From NCBI GenBank assembly GCA_048887225.1, contig JBHLJY010000006.1, forward strand, positions 78,238 through 142,237: 64,000 nucleotides of DNA, in the 5' to 3' direction. Positions 48,449 to 59,255 of the stretch are shown piece after piece. Source of the stretch: Candidatus Hodarchaeota archaeon. GTDB lineage: Archaea > Asgardarchaeota > Lokiarchaeia > Sigyniarchaeales > SOKP01. Made by a program: the position numbers and the translations under genes. Position 1 is the first letter of the stretch, and the number at the start of each line of letters is the position of its first letter. The notes beneath the pieces were generated by a model. The model ran no database searches, was not told the origin of the DNA, and was given only the letters and a program-made list of their open reading frames with translations.

Positions 48449-49387
48449 ATGAGTAGAAAGATGGACGATAAGATCTATTTAAGTTATTTGTTTCAATCTT
48501 TAAAAGTAGACGATTTAAAAAAGATCTGTAGAGATTTTGAAATAAAAGGATATTCAAAATTAAAGAAGACGGAGCTAATCGATTTCATTCTTGATTCTTT
48601 AGCAAATGAAGAAATAAGCGAACTATTAAAGCAAAAGGAATTAGAAATAATATCAAGCGAAATAAATTTGGCATTAAAAAAGATTAATAGGGAAAATAGA
48701 GAAAGTATTTCAAAAATTGAAATTGTTAATCAAGATAACCACGAGATTGAAATTTTGTTTAAAGGTTTTAATTGGGAGGTCACCTCATTTTTATCTATAA
48801 CAAAAGAAAATATTGAAAATCCCGAAAGAGATTGTGATTGTAGAATAGGATCAAATATGGGTTTTTGTAATCATTTCTGGGTTGGTTTTATCTTTTCTTT
48901 GAAAGAAGGTTATTTTAAACTTTCCGATTGGACATTAACATTATTACCAGATGATTTTAAGGAAAAAATTAAGTCAATAAAATTATCTAAAGGAGAGATT
49001 GGAGAAGGAAAAGCCGAATCAGTAAGTATAGTAGATGAGAGTTCGGATTCTTTTCAATTAATGGGACATATTGACAAAAGCATTACAGTTTATGAGGGAG
49101 AAATAGAAAATATCCTTGAACGACAACAAGATTTCCAGGGAAACATAACAACCTATTATGTTATTACATTAAAAAACGCTAAATTTGGCCCTAGAGTACA
49201 AAAAAAAAGTGATTTTCGTGAAGAAGATATTGAAAAAATAGAGAAACTAAAGTTAAGAATAAGTGAAAAATTAAAGAATGATCATGATTTAAAAAATGGA
49301 GATAAAATCGGTGGAAATGGAAAACTTACTAAAGATAATCTTTTAGGTTTCATTGTAAAGAATATAAGAAAAATTGAGAAAATATAA
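48449..49387 (+). CDS. Rho-N-like HEH plus SWIM Zn-finger protein
   Basis: LKV.DLK.IC....IKGYSKLKK.ELI; CDC...FCNH SWIM motif; possible C-terminal OB fold. Confidence 0.78.
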   Translation: MSRKMDDKIYLSYLFQSLKVDDLKKICRDFEIKGYSKLKKTELIDFILDSLANEEISELLKQKELEIISSEINLALKKINRENRESISKIEIVNQDNHEIEILFKGFNWEVTSFLSITKENIENPERDCDCRIGSNMGFCNHFWVGFIFSLKEGYFKLSDWTLTLLPDDFKEKIKSIKLSKGEIGEGKAESVSIVDESSDSFQLMGHIDKSITVYEGEIENILERQQDFQGNITTYYVITLKNAKFGPRVQKKSDFREEDIEKIEKLKLRISEKLKNDHDLKNGDKIGGNGKLTKDNLLGFIVKNIRKIEKI

Positions 49388-49451
49388 AATCGTAAGATTA
49401 ATTCTGCTAATCTAAATATGAATACTATTTATAAATATTGAGGCTAAAAGA

Positions 49452-50726
49452 TTGAAAGCTGATAATTCATATACGGATTATGCTTACAATTTAATAAAAA
49501 CAATCGAAGAGAAGTTTGGGCCACGCTACTCTAGTTCTGAGGCGGAAAAAAAAGCAAATTTATTGGTAAAGGAAGAATTTTCGAAATTTTGCGATAAAAC
49601 ATATATAGAAGAATTTCAAACACATCCTAATTTATATCCGCAAGGGATATTCAAAGTCACTGGTCTTTTTGGGGGCATTTCATTTATATTTTTTCTTATG
49701 ATATTTCCACTTACAATTCTAGCTGCTTTTTTAATTTTGCTTGCATTATTCATACTATTTGCAGAATTAATGTTTATGAAGCGATGGATTAAATTTCTTT
49801 TCAAGGAAGGCATTTCAAGTAATGTTTGGGGAATTATTAAACCGATTGGGAATGTAAAATTTCGAGTAGTCTTTGAAGGGCATATCGATTCAGCAAAGCA
49901 AATGAGATTAGCAGAAAAAGAAGGGGATCCGTCAATGTTACCTCTTTTATTAGGATTTATATATCTACTTTATACATTAGCATTTTCAATTGTAGAATTC
50001 CTGATTCAAATGTTTATTGGAAACTCAATAATGATTCTCTATGATTATGGAATATTCCAATTCACGATAATTGATTTATTCTATTTTATACCATGGTTAA
50101 TCTTATTTCCATGTTTTTTATATCTGATCCGTGGAGTGACAGGTAATACTGTAGTCCCTGGAGCTGCTGATAATTTATCTGGTGTAGCTGTTACCGCTGC
50201 TCTAGGAAAATATCTAAGTAAAAATAGACCAAAAAATGTTGAAATTATAATAGCTTCAATGGGTTCTGAAGAAATTGGTGACAGAGGTGCGAAATATTTC
50301 GTAGAGCAACACGGGGATTTACTCAAAGATTCTTATGGTTTTGTTTTAGATGACACTGGGGCTGGTAATAAACTTTACATAATTGAGGGTGATTGGATGC
50401 ATCAAACAACATATAGCTTTGAGGTCATAACTCGTATGGAAAAAGCTGTTGATCTTTACAAAAAAGAAAATCCAGATGCGGCCCCCGTTGGAAAAAGAAG
50501 AAATGCTTTAGGATCTTCTGATGCTTGTATGTATATCAAGGGAGGCTATAAAGCTTCTTTTCTTGTAGGAGTGCAAGAATTCGAATCTGGGAAAAAAAAA
50601 ATAAGTAAGCCACCTCATTGGCACTCAATCCACGATACATGGCAAAATATTTCAAAGAAAATGCTAAAAGACTCTATTGGAATAGCACTTAAATTTGTTG
50701 AAATTGTAGATAAAGAGTTTGAGTAG
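49452..50726 (+). CDS. M28 family membrane metallopeptidase
   Basis: GHIDS, GAADNLSG, SEEIG, SSD, HWHS..D; internal TM helices. Confidence 0.88.
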   Translation: MKADNSYTDYAYNLIKTIEEKFGPRYSSSEAEKKANLLVKEEFSKFCDKTYIEEFQTHPNLYPQGIFKVTGLFGGISFIFFLMIFPLTILAAFLILLALFILFAELMFMKRWIKFLFKEGISSNVWGIIKPIGNVKFRVVFEGHIDSAKQMRLAEKEGDPSMLPLLLGFIYLLYTLAFSIVEFLIQMFIGNSIMILYDYGIFQFTIIDLFYFIPWLILFPCFLYLIRGVTGNTVVPGAADNLSGVAVTAALGKYLSKNRPKNVEIIIASMGSEEIGDRGAKYFVEQHGDLLKDSYGFVLDDTGAGNKLYIIEGDWMHQTTYSFEVITRMEKAVDLYKKENPDAAPVGKRRNALGSSDACMYIKGGYKASFLVGVQEFESGKKKISKPPHWHSIHDTWQNISKKMLKDSIGIALKFVEIVDKEFE

Positions 50727-50814
50727 CATAAATCTGAGAATGATCAAATAAGAAAATGAAATAAAGAAATGAAAAAAACGAAGTTAGGATTAAAATTTTC
50801 TGATTTTGAGATCA

Positions 50815-51156
50815 CTATACTTCAGCAGGAGCGGTCATTCCTAGAATTTTATATGCTTCTGTGTAATTCAGCATTACATCAGTCTTGTATTTAAATCCTT
50901 CAATTCCAGCAGCCATGAACAAATTTCCTTGTATGGTAAGCTTTAAAGCTTCTTCAACTTTTCCTTTCACTATGTCGCTAATACCTATTACTAATATATT
51001 CCCGTCTTCAGTATTTCTAACACCGATACAAATAGTTTTCTCGATTGTGGGATCTGGAGGGCTTTTTTTGAGCCACTCAATATACCTTTGTGCTACCTTA
51101 CTGGATTGATCAGGTGGAAAAGTAACTTGATTTATCCCTAAAACCATAATTATCAC
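50815..51156 (-). CDS. Small conserved protein, paralog of the 24569/25134 family
   Basis: FPP....K..PPD...GFKYK......EA...LG. Confidence 0.75.
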   Translation of the reverse strand: MIIMVLGINQVTFPPDQSSKVAQRYIEWLKKSPPDPTIEKTICIGVRNTEDGNILVIGISDIVKGKVEEALKLTIQGNLFMAAGIEGFKYKTDVMLNYTEAYKILGMTAPAEV

Positions 51157-51296
51157 TCTCCATATTTATTTTTTTAAAAATTGAATTTCGTGGTAAATAT
51201 TATTTCAATTTTTAAATATTTAAATCTTTACATTTTTGTAAGTAAGACTTTGGCTTAAATCCGTTAACTCAATCTTCTTTAGAAAATGAAAGAAAT

Positions 51297-52709
51297 ATGT
51301 ATAATGAGTTATTATTAAAAAATATGAAGATAAATGTGCCTAAATCTGGTTTTGTATCTGATTCAAATATGATCCTTGGACTTGATTTCTACCAGCTCAC
51401 GATGGGTGCTGCTTATTATCAATACAATCTCGAAAACAATATCAGGGAAAAAGATGATATTGCTACTTTTGAACTTTTTATTAGAAAATTCCCTAAAAAT
51501 CGTAATTATTTAATTTTTGCCGGGTTAGAACAAGCGATTTATTATCTCCAGAATGCTAGATTTAACGATAGAACAATAGATTTCTTGAGAAAGAAGGAGG
51601 TTTTTAAAAAAATTGATCCTAGCTATTTTGACGAATATTTACCTAATTTCAAGTTTAATTTGGATGTATGTTCGATGAAAGAAGGAAATTTCTTCTTTCC
51701 TAATGAACCAGTTATGAGAGTTCAAGGGCCAATGTTTCAAGCCCAAATAGCTGAAACATATTTACTCAATGTTATTAATTTTCAAACAATAATTGCTTCA
51801 AAAGCTTCAAGGATTAGAAATTTAGCTCCCGATAAGGTCTTTCTTGAATTTGGTACAAGGAGATCACATAGTCCACTTGCGGGTGTATACGCAGCAAGAG
51901 CTAGTTACATTGCGGGATTCAACGGTACAAGCAACGTAATTGCTGATATAGAATTAGGAATTAATTCATCGGGTACTATGTCTCATAGTTATATTCAAAA
52001 ATTTGATAAAGAAATAGACAGTTTCAATTCATATTACAATATTTATGACGAAAACTCAATTCTTTTAATTGATACCTATGATACTGAAAAAGGGGCTCAA
52101 AAATGTTGGAACTTTGGGAACAATATAAAAGGTGTAAGAATTGATTCGGGAGATTTAATTGAACACGCTAAAAAAGTTCGAAAAATTCTAGATGAAGGTG
52201 ACTGTGATAAAGTTTTAATCGTTGCAAGCTCTGATTTAAATGAATATAAAATAAAGGAGATTATAGACAAGAAAGCTCCCATAGATGCTTTTGGTATTGG
52301 AACAGAATTGGCAACGTCTCGTGATGATCCAACCATTTCTGGTGTTTATAAATTAATTGAATATAATAATAAGCCCAGAATTAAGATTAGCGAAGAAAAA
52401 ATAACTTATCCAGGAATAAAACAAGTTTTTAGGATATATGATAAAAATGAAATATTTAAAGAAGACATTTTAGCTCTGAATATAGAGGCACCACCTCCTA
52501 ATTCCGAGGCTTTATTAATACCTGTTATGAAAAACGGAAATCTAATAAACGAGCTACCAAAATTAGATGAAATCCAGCAATTTTATTTAGACAATATAAA
52601 AAAATTACCCGATAATTATAAGAATTTGAAAGAAATCCAAATTTTTAAGCTGAAAATTTCGAAAAATCTAAATGATTTAACAAATTCGTTGAAAAAGAAA
52701 TATGTATAA
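51297..52709 (+). CDS. pncB: Nicotinate phosphoribosyltransferase
   Basis: DFYQLTM, EFGTRR, GTSN, GTMSHS, LIDTYD, GVRIDSGD, FGIGT, GVYKL. Confidence 0.95.
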   Translation: MYNELLLKNMKINVPKSGFVSDSNMILGLDFYQLTMGAAYYQYNLENNIREKDDIATFELFIRKFPKNRNYLIFAGLEQAIYYLQNARFNDRTIDFLRKKEVFKKIDPSYFDEYLPNFKFNLDVCSMKEGNFFFPNEPVMRVQGPMFQAQIAETYLLNVINFQTIIASKASRIRNLAPDKVFLEFGTRRSHSPLAGVYAARASYIAGFNGTSNVIADIELGINSSGTMSHSYIQKFDKEIDSFNSYYNIYDENSILLIDTYDTEKGAQKCWNFGNNIKGVRIDSGDLIEHAKKVRKILDEGDCDKVLIVASSDLNEYKIKEIIDKKAPIDAFGIGTELATSRDDPTISGVYKLIEYNNKPRIKISEEKITYPGIKQVFRIYDKNEIFKEDILALNIEAPPPNSEALLIPVMKNGNLINELPKLDEIQQFYLDNIKKLPDNYKNLKEIQIFKLKISKNLNDLTNSLKKKYV

Positions 52710-52852
52710 AAGTTCTAAAAAGAAATATCAATAATCTATAACTCAACTACTTAATAATAATAATAATTTTAAATGTATAGAAAGTTTTTTTAAAATTAAT
52801 TCTATTTTAATATGAATAATTAACCTTATTTTCAATTTAGGTGTAAAAATTA

Positions 52853-54577
52853 ATGTATCATATTGACGGAACGGATTATTTGAACACGCCCTACTATACA
52901 AAAACAGAGAGCGTTTGTCCTGAATGTTTACAAGTAATTTCAGCTGAAATTTACGAAGAAAATGACCAAATCTGGATGAGGAAAACGTGCGCCGAACATG
53001 GGAATTTTAAAGATATACTCAGTTCGTCTGCAAAATATTATAAATGGACTCATTATAAAACAGATGAATGGAGCTTTGACAAGGATGGAGAGGCTAATCC
53101 TCCAGATTGTGAGATTACTGATCCTAGGGGATGTCCATATAATTGCGGTCTGTGTCCCGAACATTTATCTACTTGTTCTTTAGCGTTAATAGACCTTACA
53201 AATCGATGCAATTTCAACTGTAATTTCTGCTATGCCAACATTCAAAAAGCAGGATATTTAGTGGAACCCTCTTTAGAAGAGATTGACCGAATTATGGAAC
53301 ACTTTAGAAGTAAACCGATTCCACCTCCTGCCATCATGTTTACAGGTGGCGAACCTACGGTAAGGAAAGATTTTCCTGAAATATGCGCTATGGCTAAAAA
53401 ATACGGTTTTAAAGAAATAATTGTCGCAACTAACGGGTATGGATTCCAGAAAAAGAAGGGAGGACTTGAATGGACTAAAAAGGTGTATGAAGCAGGCTTA
53501 GACACATTGTATCTTCAATTTGATGGTATTAATAATATCACTCACGAAAAAACACGTGGTATTAAGAATTTAATGGAATATAAAGAGCGAGTTATTGAAA
53601 ATTGTCGAAAAGCAGAATTGACATCAGTTGTTTTAGTGGCTACAATCGCGAGAGGTGTTAATGATATAGAAATAGGAAATATTATTCAATATGCTATTGA
53701 TAACATTGATGTGGTAAGAGGAATAACATTTCAACCAGTTTCTCTATGTGGTAGAATTACTGCTGAAGATATGCAAGATTTGAGAATAACTAATGCAGAT
53801 ATAATTAAGGAGATCGATAATCAAACAGGCGGTAAAATCAGTATTGAAACTTCTTGGTATCCTTTAACAACTATCGTTGAGTGGGGAAGAATAATTGCAT
53901 ATTTAGCAGATGTAGAACCTGTTGAATTTACATGCCACCCTGATTGTGGATTTGCCACTTACCTAGTCATCGACCCAGAAACTAACGAAATGGTCTCAAT
54001 AATGGATTATTTTGACCCTTTCAAGATTATTGATTTTGCTAATAAATTTTGGGAGAAAATTAAGAAAAAAGAAAAACAACCAATTAAGTTCTTTTCAAGC
54101 ATTTTAGGAGATTTAGGTGAGTCTTTAGATAAAGGGTTGAATTGGCTAGATAAACAACAGTTAAAAGCTAGATTCCTTTTAGCTATGTTGCAATATACAA
54201 AGAAACCAGGTAAACTTATGGAGATATTCAGCAGGGTCTTAATAGATGGAAAATGGGATAGTATAAGTGCCTTTACTCATGGAACACTTTTAATCAGCTC
54301 GATGCATTTTCAAGATGCTTATAATTTCAATATTGAAAGAGCAAAGCGTTGTATTGTTCATTTTGGAGTAGCTATGCCTGATGGGACAGTAAAAGAAATC
54401 TCTTTTTGCACAATGAACACTTTCCACCGTCAAGATATAGAAAACCAAATTTCGAAGAAATTAACTGAAAAAATTAGAAACGAATTCGATACTACAGTAG
54501 GACTTCGAGCAGACGAAGTTGATCATGAACTTGCCCATAATGGGGGAATAATAAAGGAGGATAAATTTAATAGGTGA
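52853..54577 (+). CDS. tes: Tetraether lipid synthase (Tes / GDGT-MAS) radical SAM enzyme
   Basis: T.SVCPEC...KTC.EHG, GCPYNCGLCPEH, IDLTNRCNFNCNFCYAN, FTCHPDCG, MHFQD.YN....R..RC.VH...FC..N. Confidence 0.88.
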   Translation: MYHIDGTDYLNTPYYTKTESVCPECLQVISAEIYEENDQIWMRKTCAEHGNFKDILSSSAKYYKWTHYKTDEWSFDKDGEANPPDCEITDPRGCPYNCGLCPEHLSTCSLALIDLTNRCNFNCNFCYANIQKAGYLVEPSLEEIDRIMEHFRSKPIPPPAIMFTGGEPTVRKDFPEICAMAKKYGFKEIIVATNGYGFQKKKGGLEWTKKVYEAGLDTLYLQFDGINNITHEKTRGIKNLMEYKERVIENCRKAELTSVVLVATIARGVNDIEIGNIIQYAIDNIDVVRGITFQPVSLCGRITAEDMQDLRITNADIIKEIDNQTGGKISIETSWYPLTTIVEWGRIIAYLADVEPVEFTCHPDCGFATYLVIDPETNEMVSIMDYFDPFKIIDFANKFWEKIKKKEKQPIKFFSSILGDLGESLDKGLNWLDKQQLKARFLLAMLQYTKKPGKLMEIFSRVLIDGKWDSISAFTHGTLLISSMHFQDAYNFNIERAKRCIVHFGVAMPDGTVKEISFCTMNTFHRQDIENQISKKLTEKIRNEFDTTVGLRADEVDHELAHNGGIIKEDKFNR

Positions 54578-54584
54578 TATATTA

Positions 54585-54857
54585 ATGGCTGAAATAGATC
54601 CAGATACTGGTTTAAAAATCAGAAAATTAACAGAACTAAAACCTACAGCTGCTGAAGAGTACCAAGAAGCGATGTTAAAAAGGGTAGATCATTTTTCACA
54701 GCAAAGAGATTCCACGTTTAATAGCTTTGTAGAAAATACTATTGTGAGTGGTCTCAAGGTTTTATTGGACTTGAAAGTGAAAGTTGACGAAGCGCTTGGT
54801 GACAATAAGGAAAAAGTCTATGATATAGTTGAAAAACTACTTTTATTTGGTTTATAA
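54585..54857 (+). CDS. Small hypothetical protein co-transcribed with tes
   Basis: AGGTGAT SD overlapping the tes stop, 7-nt gap. Confidence 0.72.
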   Translation: MAEIDPDTGLKIRKLTELKPTAAEEYQEAMLKRVDHFSQQRDSTFNSFVENTIVSGLKVLLDLKVKVDEALGDNKEKVYDIVEKLLLFGL

Positions 54858-54902
54858 TTTTTTTTTCACAATATTTTTTTAAATTACATTTCTTTAATTA
54901 TA

Positions 54903-55982
54903 ATGGCGTTTAATGTAATTACACTTCCAGTTGTATTCTTATTTATTGCGAATGGATTTGGACAATTATATTACGCGATTAAACTAAAAAAGAAGTACCC
55001 AGAAGAACATAATATAATAAATAGTTATATCTCTTTTTTTTTATGGATTATAGCAGGATTATTATATCCCTTCATTTATTTAACGGACAATTCACATATT
55101 AGATGGTTTCAAGCATTATCATCATTTTTTATTTGTATATTTACTCCTGCAATTCTTTTTCTAATATTATATTATCAATATAGAGTTGTTAAAAAGAATC
55201 CAGAGATAAAGAAAAGAAGAAACTTCTCTTTTTTTTGGAAAGAATTTAACCAGAAAACAAATGAAGGCCAAGATTTTAAAAAAAGTAAATTTAAAAAAGA
55301 CTTAAATAGAAAAACTTTACATTTATTTCCAGCAAGCGTAATAATTATATTATGGGTGTTTGCCGTTCATATATGGGAAGGGATGTGGAATGCCGACCAA
55401 ATTTGGGGTATAAGTGGAGAAAATTTTGGAAAATTTTTAATTATCACAGCGGGATATTCTGGGATTTTAATTTTTGCTGCTTTGGATTACGTAAGATTGT
55501 CGTATATTTTTAAAAACCGCAATATATTTCATTTATTACCAGATAATATCTCAAATCTATTAAAAAAGGCTTTAAATAGAAATGAATTATATGAATTTAC
55601 GAGACCTGCCGTTTTCGTTTTAACACTCGTGCCTATCTTTTTTTTTCCATTTGGAATATTTGCAGCCGCAGCTTTAATTGCGACTATTGGTGATGGTGCA
55701 GCCTCTCTTTTTGGTATAAAATTTGGAAAGCGTAATTTCCCTAAAGGCAGTGATAAGACTGTCGTTGGGTACATAGCTGGATTTTTCGTTTCATTCGGTA
55801 TTAGTATTCTTGCTCTATGGATATTTGAAAGTGATTTGGTTATTGAAAAAATATTAATAATCGCTTTTGGAGGAGCGGTTATGTTCTTTATAATTGACTA
55901 TTTAAGCCTTAAAATTGATGATGATATTTTAAATCCTTTATTTTGCGCAATAGTTATGGTTTTATTGTATTATTGTCTATAA
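54903..55982 (+). CDS. CTP-dependent polyprenol/diacylglycerol kinase family (dolichol/phytol kinase-like)
   Basis: RK.LHL, IGDGAASLFG..FG, KT..GY.AG, IDD.ILNP; multi-TM. Confidence 0.8.
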   Translation: MAFNVITLPVVFLFIANGFGQLYYAIKLKKKYPEEHNIINSYISFFLWIIAGLLYPFIYLTDNSHIRWFQALSSFFICIFTPAILFLILYYQYRVVKKNPEIKKRRNFSFFWKEFNQKTNEGQDFKKSKFKKDLNRKTLHLFPASVIIILWVFAVHIWEGMWNADQIWGISGENFGKFLIITAGYSGILIFAALDYVRLSYIFKNRNIFHLLPDNISNLLKKALNRNELYEFTRPAVFVLTLVPIFFFPFGIFAAAALIATIGDGAASLFGIKFGKRNFPKGSDKTVVGYIAGFFVSFGISILALWIFESDLVIEKILIIAFGGAVMFFIIDYLSLKIDDDILNPLFCAIVMVLLYYCL

Positions 55983-56027
55983 TAATAACGAGGATAAAAA
56001 CGATTTAGTATAAAATATTATTTAAAA

Positions 56028-56921
56028 ATGAAAATTGGATACCCATGTATTAATCTATCATTAGAATGTAGAAGTAGTAAAACATTTAGATTAAAAAATT
56101 ATTCGGAAAATAAACTAAAAGAAATAGTCAAATTAAATTTAGATTGCTTATCTCAGATTCTAAAATATAATCGTAATAATAATCTTTTTTTTTTTAGAAT
56201 CACTTCAGATCTAATTCCTTTCGCTTCTCATCCGGTAATGAAATTCAATTGGCAGGATTATTTCAAACAAAATTTTTTTCAAATCGGGCAATTCATTAAA
56301 ACAAATAAAATGAGAATTACAATGCATCCGGGACAATATAATGTATTCAATTCTGTTAATCATGACGTTTATGAACGTAGCCTTTACGATCTTTTTTATC
56401 ATGTAGATGTGTTGGATTTGATGGAATTAGATTCTAGTGCAAAAGTGGTGATTCATGCTGGAGGAGTATATGGAAATAAAAATGAAAGTATCAATAGATT
56501 TGTTGAAAGATACAAAATTTTAGATGAGAGTATTAAAAATAGATTAGTAGTTGAAAATGATGAAAAAAGTTACAATTTAAAGGATTGCCTAAAAATTCAT
56601 GAAAAAACGGGAATACCTATTATTTTAGATGTGTATCATCATGAATGTTTTAATTCTGGTGAAACTATCAAAAAAGTATTTAAAACATTTAGTAAGACTT
56701 GGAAAAATGAGGATGGGCTTCCTATAGTTCATTATAGTAGTCAAAAAGTAGGAGGTAGAAAAGGAAATCATGCAAATTCAATTGACCTAAAACATTTTCA
56801 GAAATTTATTGAAGATACTTTAGATTTTAATTTTGATTTAATGTTAGAAATTAAAGATAAGGAAAAGAGCGTTTTAAAAGCAATGAAATTAATTAAAGAT
56901 GACCCAAGATTTAATTTATGA
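56028..56921 (+). CDS. uvsE: UV DNA damage endonuclease
   Basis: MKIGYPC, FFRI.S.L.PF.SH, MHPGQY, IH.GG.YG.K, ENDE, LD.YHH, MLE.KDKE. Confidence 0.93.
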   Translation: MKIGYPCINLSLECRSSKTFRLKNYSENKLKEIVKLNLDCLSQILKYNRNNNLFFFRITSDLIPFASHPVMKFNWQDYFKQNFFQIGQFIKTNKMRITMHPGQYNVFNSVNHDVYERSLYDLFYHVDVLDLMELDSSAKVVIHAGGVYGNKNESINRFVERYKILDESIKNRLVVENDEKSYNLKDCLKIHEKTGIPIILDVYHHECFNSGETIKKVFKTFSKTWKNEDGLPIVHYSSQKVGGRKGNHANSIDLKHFQKFIEDTLDFNFDLMLEIKDKEKSVLKAMKLIKDDPRFNL

Positions 56922-57073
56922 AAAATCGTTAAATTATTAGGATATTAAGAACAAATCTAGATTTAATTCAATGAAATGATCTAATGATAAATTTATCTCT
57001 AAGAATTAATTAAAAAAAAAAAGAAATTTAAATTATATTTAATCCATCATTGAATTATTTAAGCTGATCTATT

Positions 57074-57547
57074 ATGAAACTCATAAAATTACCTAAAATG
57101 GATGAAGAGGAGATAAAAGCTTCAATTGAAAAAAAAAATTTATGTAGAATTGCTTTTATTGATGATGATTATCCATATATTTCTCCATTCCAGTATGTTT
57201 TGTTTAATAATTCCCTTTATTTTCATTTCACTAAATATGGAAAAAAAAAGAAAATTCTCTCAAAAAATGCAAAAGTATGTATTTCAATTGAAGATTTTTC
57301 ACCTGATTTGAGTAAATATCATTTTATATCAATCCAAGGAAAATTAAAACTTATTGAAGATCCAAGCGAGAAAGCTGATGTAGTAAAAAGAATGGTAGAT
57401 AAGGCAAAGAATAATTTTTCAACAAACTTTCTTTCTGCTCATGGGTTTGAAAGAGAAATGGGTTGGGACAGCTTTCAAGCTGAAGGTCAATTAATATACA
57501 AGCTCGAAGAAGTAGGGCCTCGAATTGGACTTAAATCAATGGAATAA
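57074..57547 (+). CDS. Pyridoxamine 5'-phosphate oxidase-like / NimA flavin-binding protein
   Basis: CRIAF....PYI.P..Y....LYFH...G.K...L..N.KVC. Confidence 0.82.
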   Translation: MKLIKLPKMDEEEIKASIEKKNLCRIAFIDDDYPYISPFQYVLFNNSLYFHFTKYGKKKKILSKNAKVCISIEDFSPDLSKYHFISIQGKLKLIEDPSEKADVVKRMVDKAKNNFSTNFLSAHGFEREMGWDSFQAEGQLIYKLEEVGPRIGLKSME

Positions 57548-57582
57548 AAATATTTTTTCTAAAGTATTTTCATAATAATAAA

Positions 57583-59235
57583 ATGAAATTTTTCGACTTT
57601 GATGAGAAAACTCAAGAAAATTTTAACAGTTTTTTATCAAATTTCAAGCTTGTTAACTGGAAGACTTGGCTTAGGTTAACTTCACGAGAGGATTATGAAG
57701 ATCTTGCGTTAAAATTATCAGGATTAGATACAATTGATAATCTTTTTGAACGAATCAAAAAAGAAGAAACAGATTCAAGAAGTTTTTCGATAGAGCTCTC
57801 ATCTTTTTTAAATTCTTATAACTTCAAAGAGCCTTTAATTTTATGTCATACTTCAGGAACGACAAATAGCGAGATATCACAATTAAAATGGTTCCACATG
57901 ACAAAATATCTCATTGAAAGAGTTTGGGCTCCTGGAATGCAGGCGATTTTTGAATCAAGTGGTTTGGATTCTAAATCCTCAGCAATTATATTCGTTCCTT
58001 CACGTTTGAAATTTGATGGAATCAATAAGGTGAATGGAAAAGAATATATTTCTTTATACTCGTCAGAATTCTCGCAAAGAGTTATGCTTTCAGTTTTAAA
58101 ACCTAAAGAGTACTTATTTTATGAATATAAAAAAGCGACTGATTTAGAAATAATTTCAAAAATTTTAAATTTGTCAGATATCGCAGTCATATCAGCACCA
58201 GCTATTACAATCTTAAAGTGGGCAAATAAGAAAAGGTTTCGTGAAGAAATGAAAAAGTCCTTTAGTAATACAAAAAAAGACATTCCATTTGAATCTAATA
58301 GTATAATAAATTTGATTAAAAGAGAAGGCGTTAATTCTGCTTCAAATAAGATATACAGCTTATTATCAGATAAATTATCTAATACAACAATTATATTTAG
58401 TATTAGCTCATTAAACCAAACTGATTGGGATCTCATAAGAAAATTCATGAAATGGGATAAAGGTAAAGAAAAATTCACGAATCTATATGTAGCGTCTGAA
58501 ATAGGACCATTTGCTGCGAGTATTAGTGAAGGTGATTATGAAATTTCTCGCTCAAATCAGATGTTTGTTTTTCCTTTAACTGTACCCATCATTGAGAAAT
58601 ATGGAGAAAGAAGCTTAATTTCAAGATCTTCTAATAAAATAGGAAAATTATATGTATCACGCTTTAATAATGGACATGCTCTTATCAATATCGATATTGG
58701 AGATGTAATATATATTAAAAATCAAGATGCTCTACCGATAATAGACGGAAAAATATTAAGAGCAGGATTTGATCTTAAGTATCCAATAAATATTTCTAAA
58801 AAAGTAACGATACCTTCAAACTATAACTTATACGCAGGAGACTTTTTTTCTTTTGGAAAGTTTGATATAATTGATCCTCGAAATCTATTAAATTGTTTGA
58901 ATAGAAATTGTCAAAATAATATGGACTTAATGTTGCTTATAGAATCAACTGATAAAATCAATGAAGTGCAGCCATGGAAATTAGTATTACAAGTAAATGA
59001 AAATTCCAATTGTGCAACATTTAATGATTTTCTGGAAAAAATTTCTAAATGCCCAAAAGAGCAAGGAATATATAACGCAATAAAGGAAAAATATCTCGAA
59101 CTAGAATTAATTGATGAACCACCTGTTGATTTTATAAAAGCAAGGTCAGAAATGTTATCTAAGGTTAGAAAAGGTCAAATTCCAAAGGGAATTCTAAAAA
59201 AATGGCCTCTTTATATTGTGAGTCCTTTTTCTTAA
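57583..59235 (+). CDS. Divergent adenylate-forming (PaaK/LuxE/GH3-like) protein
   Basis: HTSGTT P-loop, Y.ASE.G, IGD motifs in ANL order. Confidence 0.55.
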   Translation: MKFFDFDEKTQENFNSFLSNFKLVNWKTWLRLTSREDYEDLALKLSGLDTIDNLFERIKKEETDSRSFSIELSSFLNSYNFKEPLILCHTSGTTNSEISQLKWFHMTKYLIERVWAPGMQAIFESSGLDSKSSAIIFVPSRLKFDGINKVNGKEYISLYSSEFSQRVMLSVLKPKEYLFYEYKKATDLEIISKILNLSDIAVISAPAITILKWANKKRFREEMKKSFSNTKKDIPFESNSIINLIKREGVNSASNKIYSLLSDKLSNTTIIFSISSLNQTDWDLIRKFMKWDKGKEKFTNLYVASEIGPFAASISEGDYEISRSNQMFVFPLTVPIIEKYGERSLISRSSNKIGKLYVSRFNNGHALINIDIGDVIYIKNQDALPIIDGKILRAGFDLKYPINISKKVTIPSNYNLYAGDFFSFGKFDIIDPRNLLNCLNRNCQNNMDLMLLIESTDKINEVQPWKLVLQVNENSNCATFNDFLEKISKCPKEQGIYNAIKEKYLELELIDEPPVDFIKARSEMLSKVRKGQIPKGILKKWPLYIVSPFS

Positions 59236-59255
59236 CATATAAGAAAAAAAAATTT

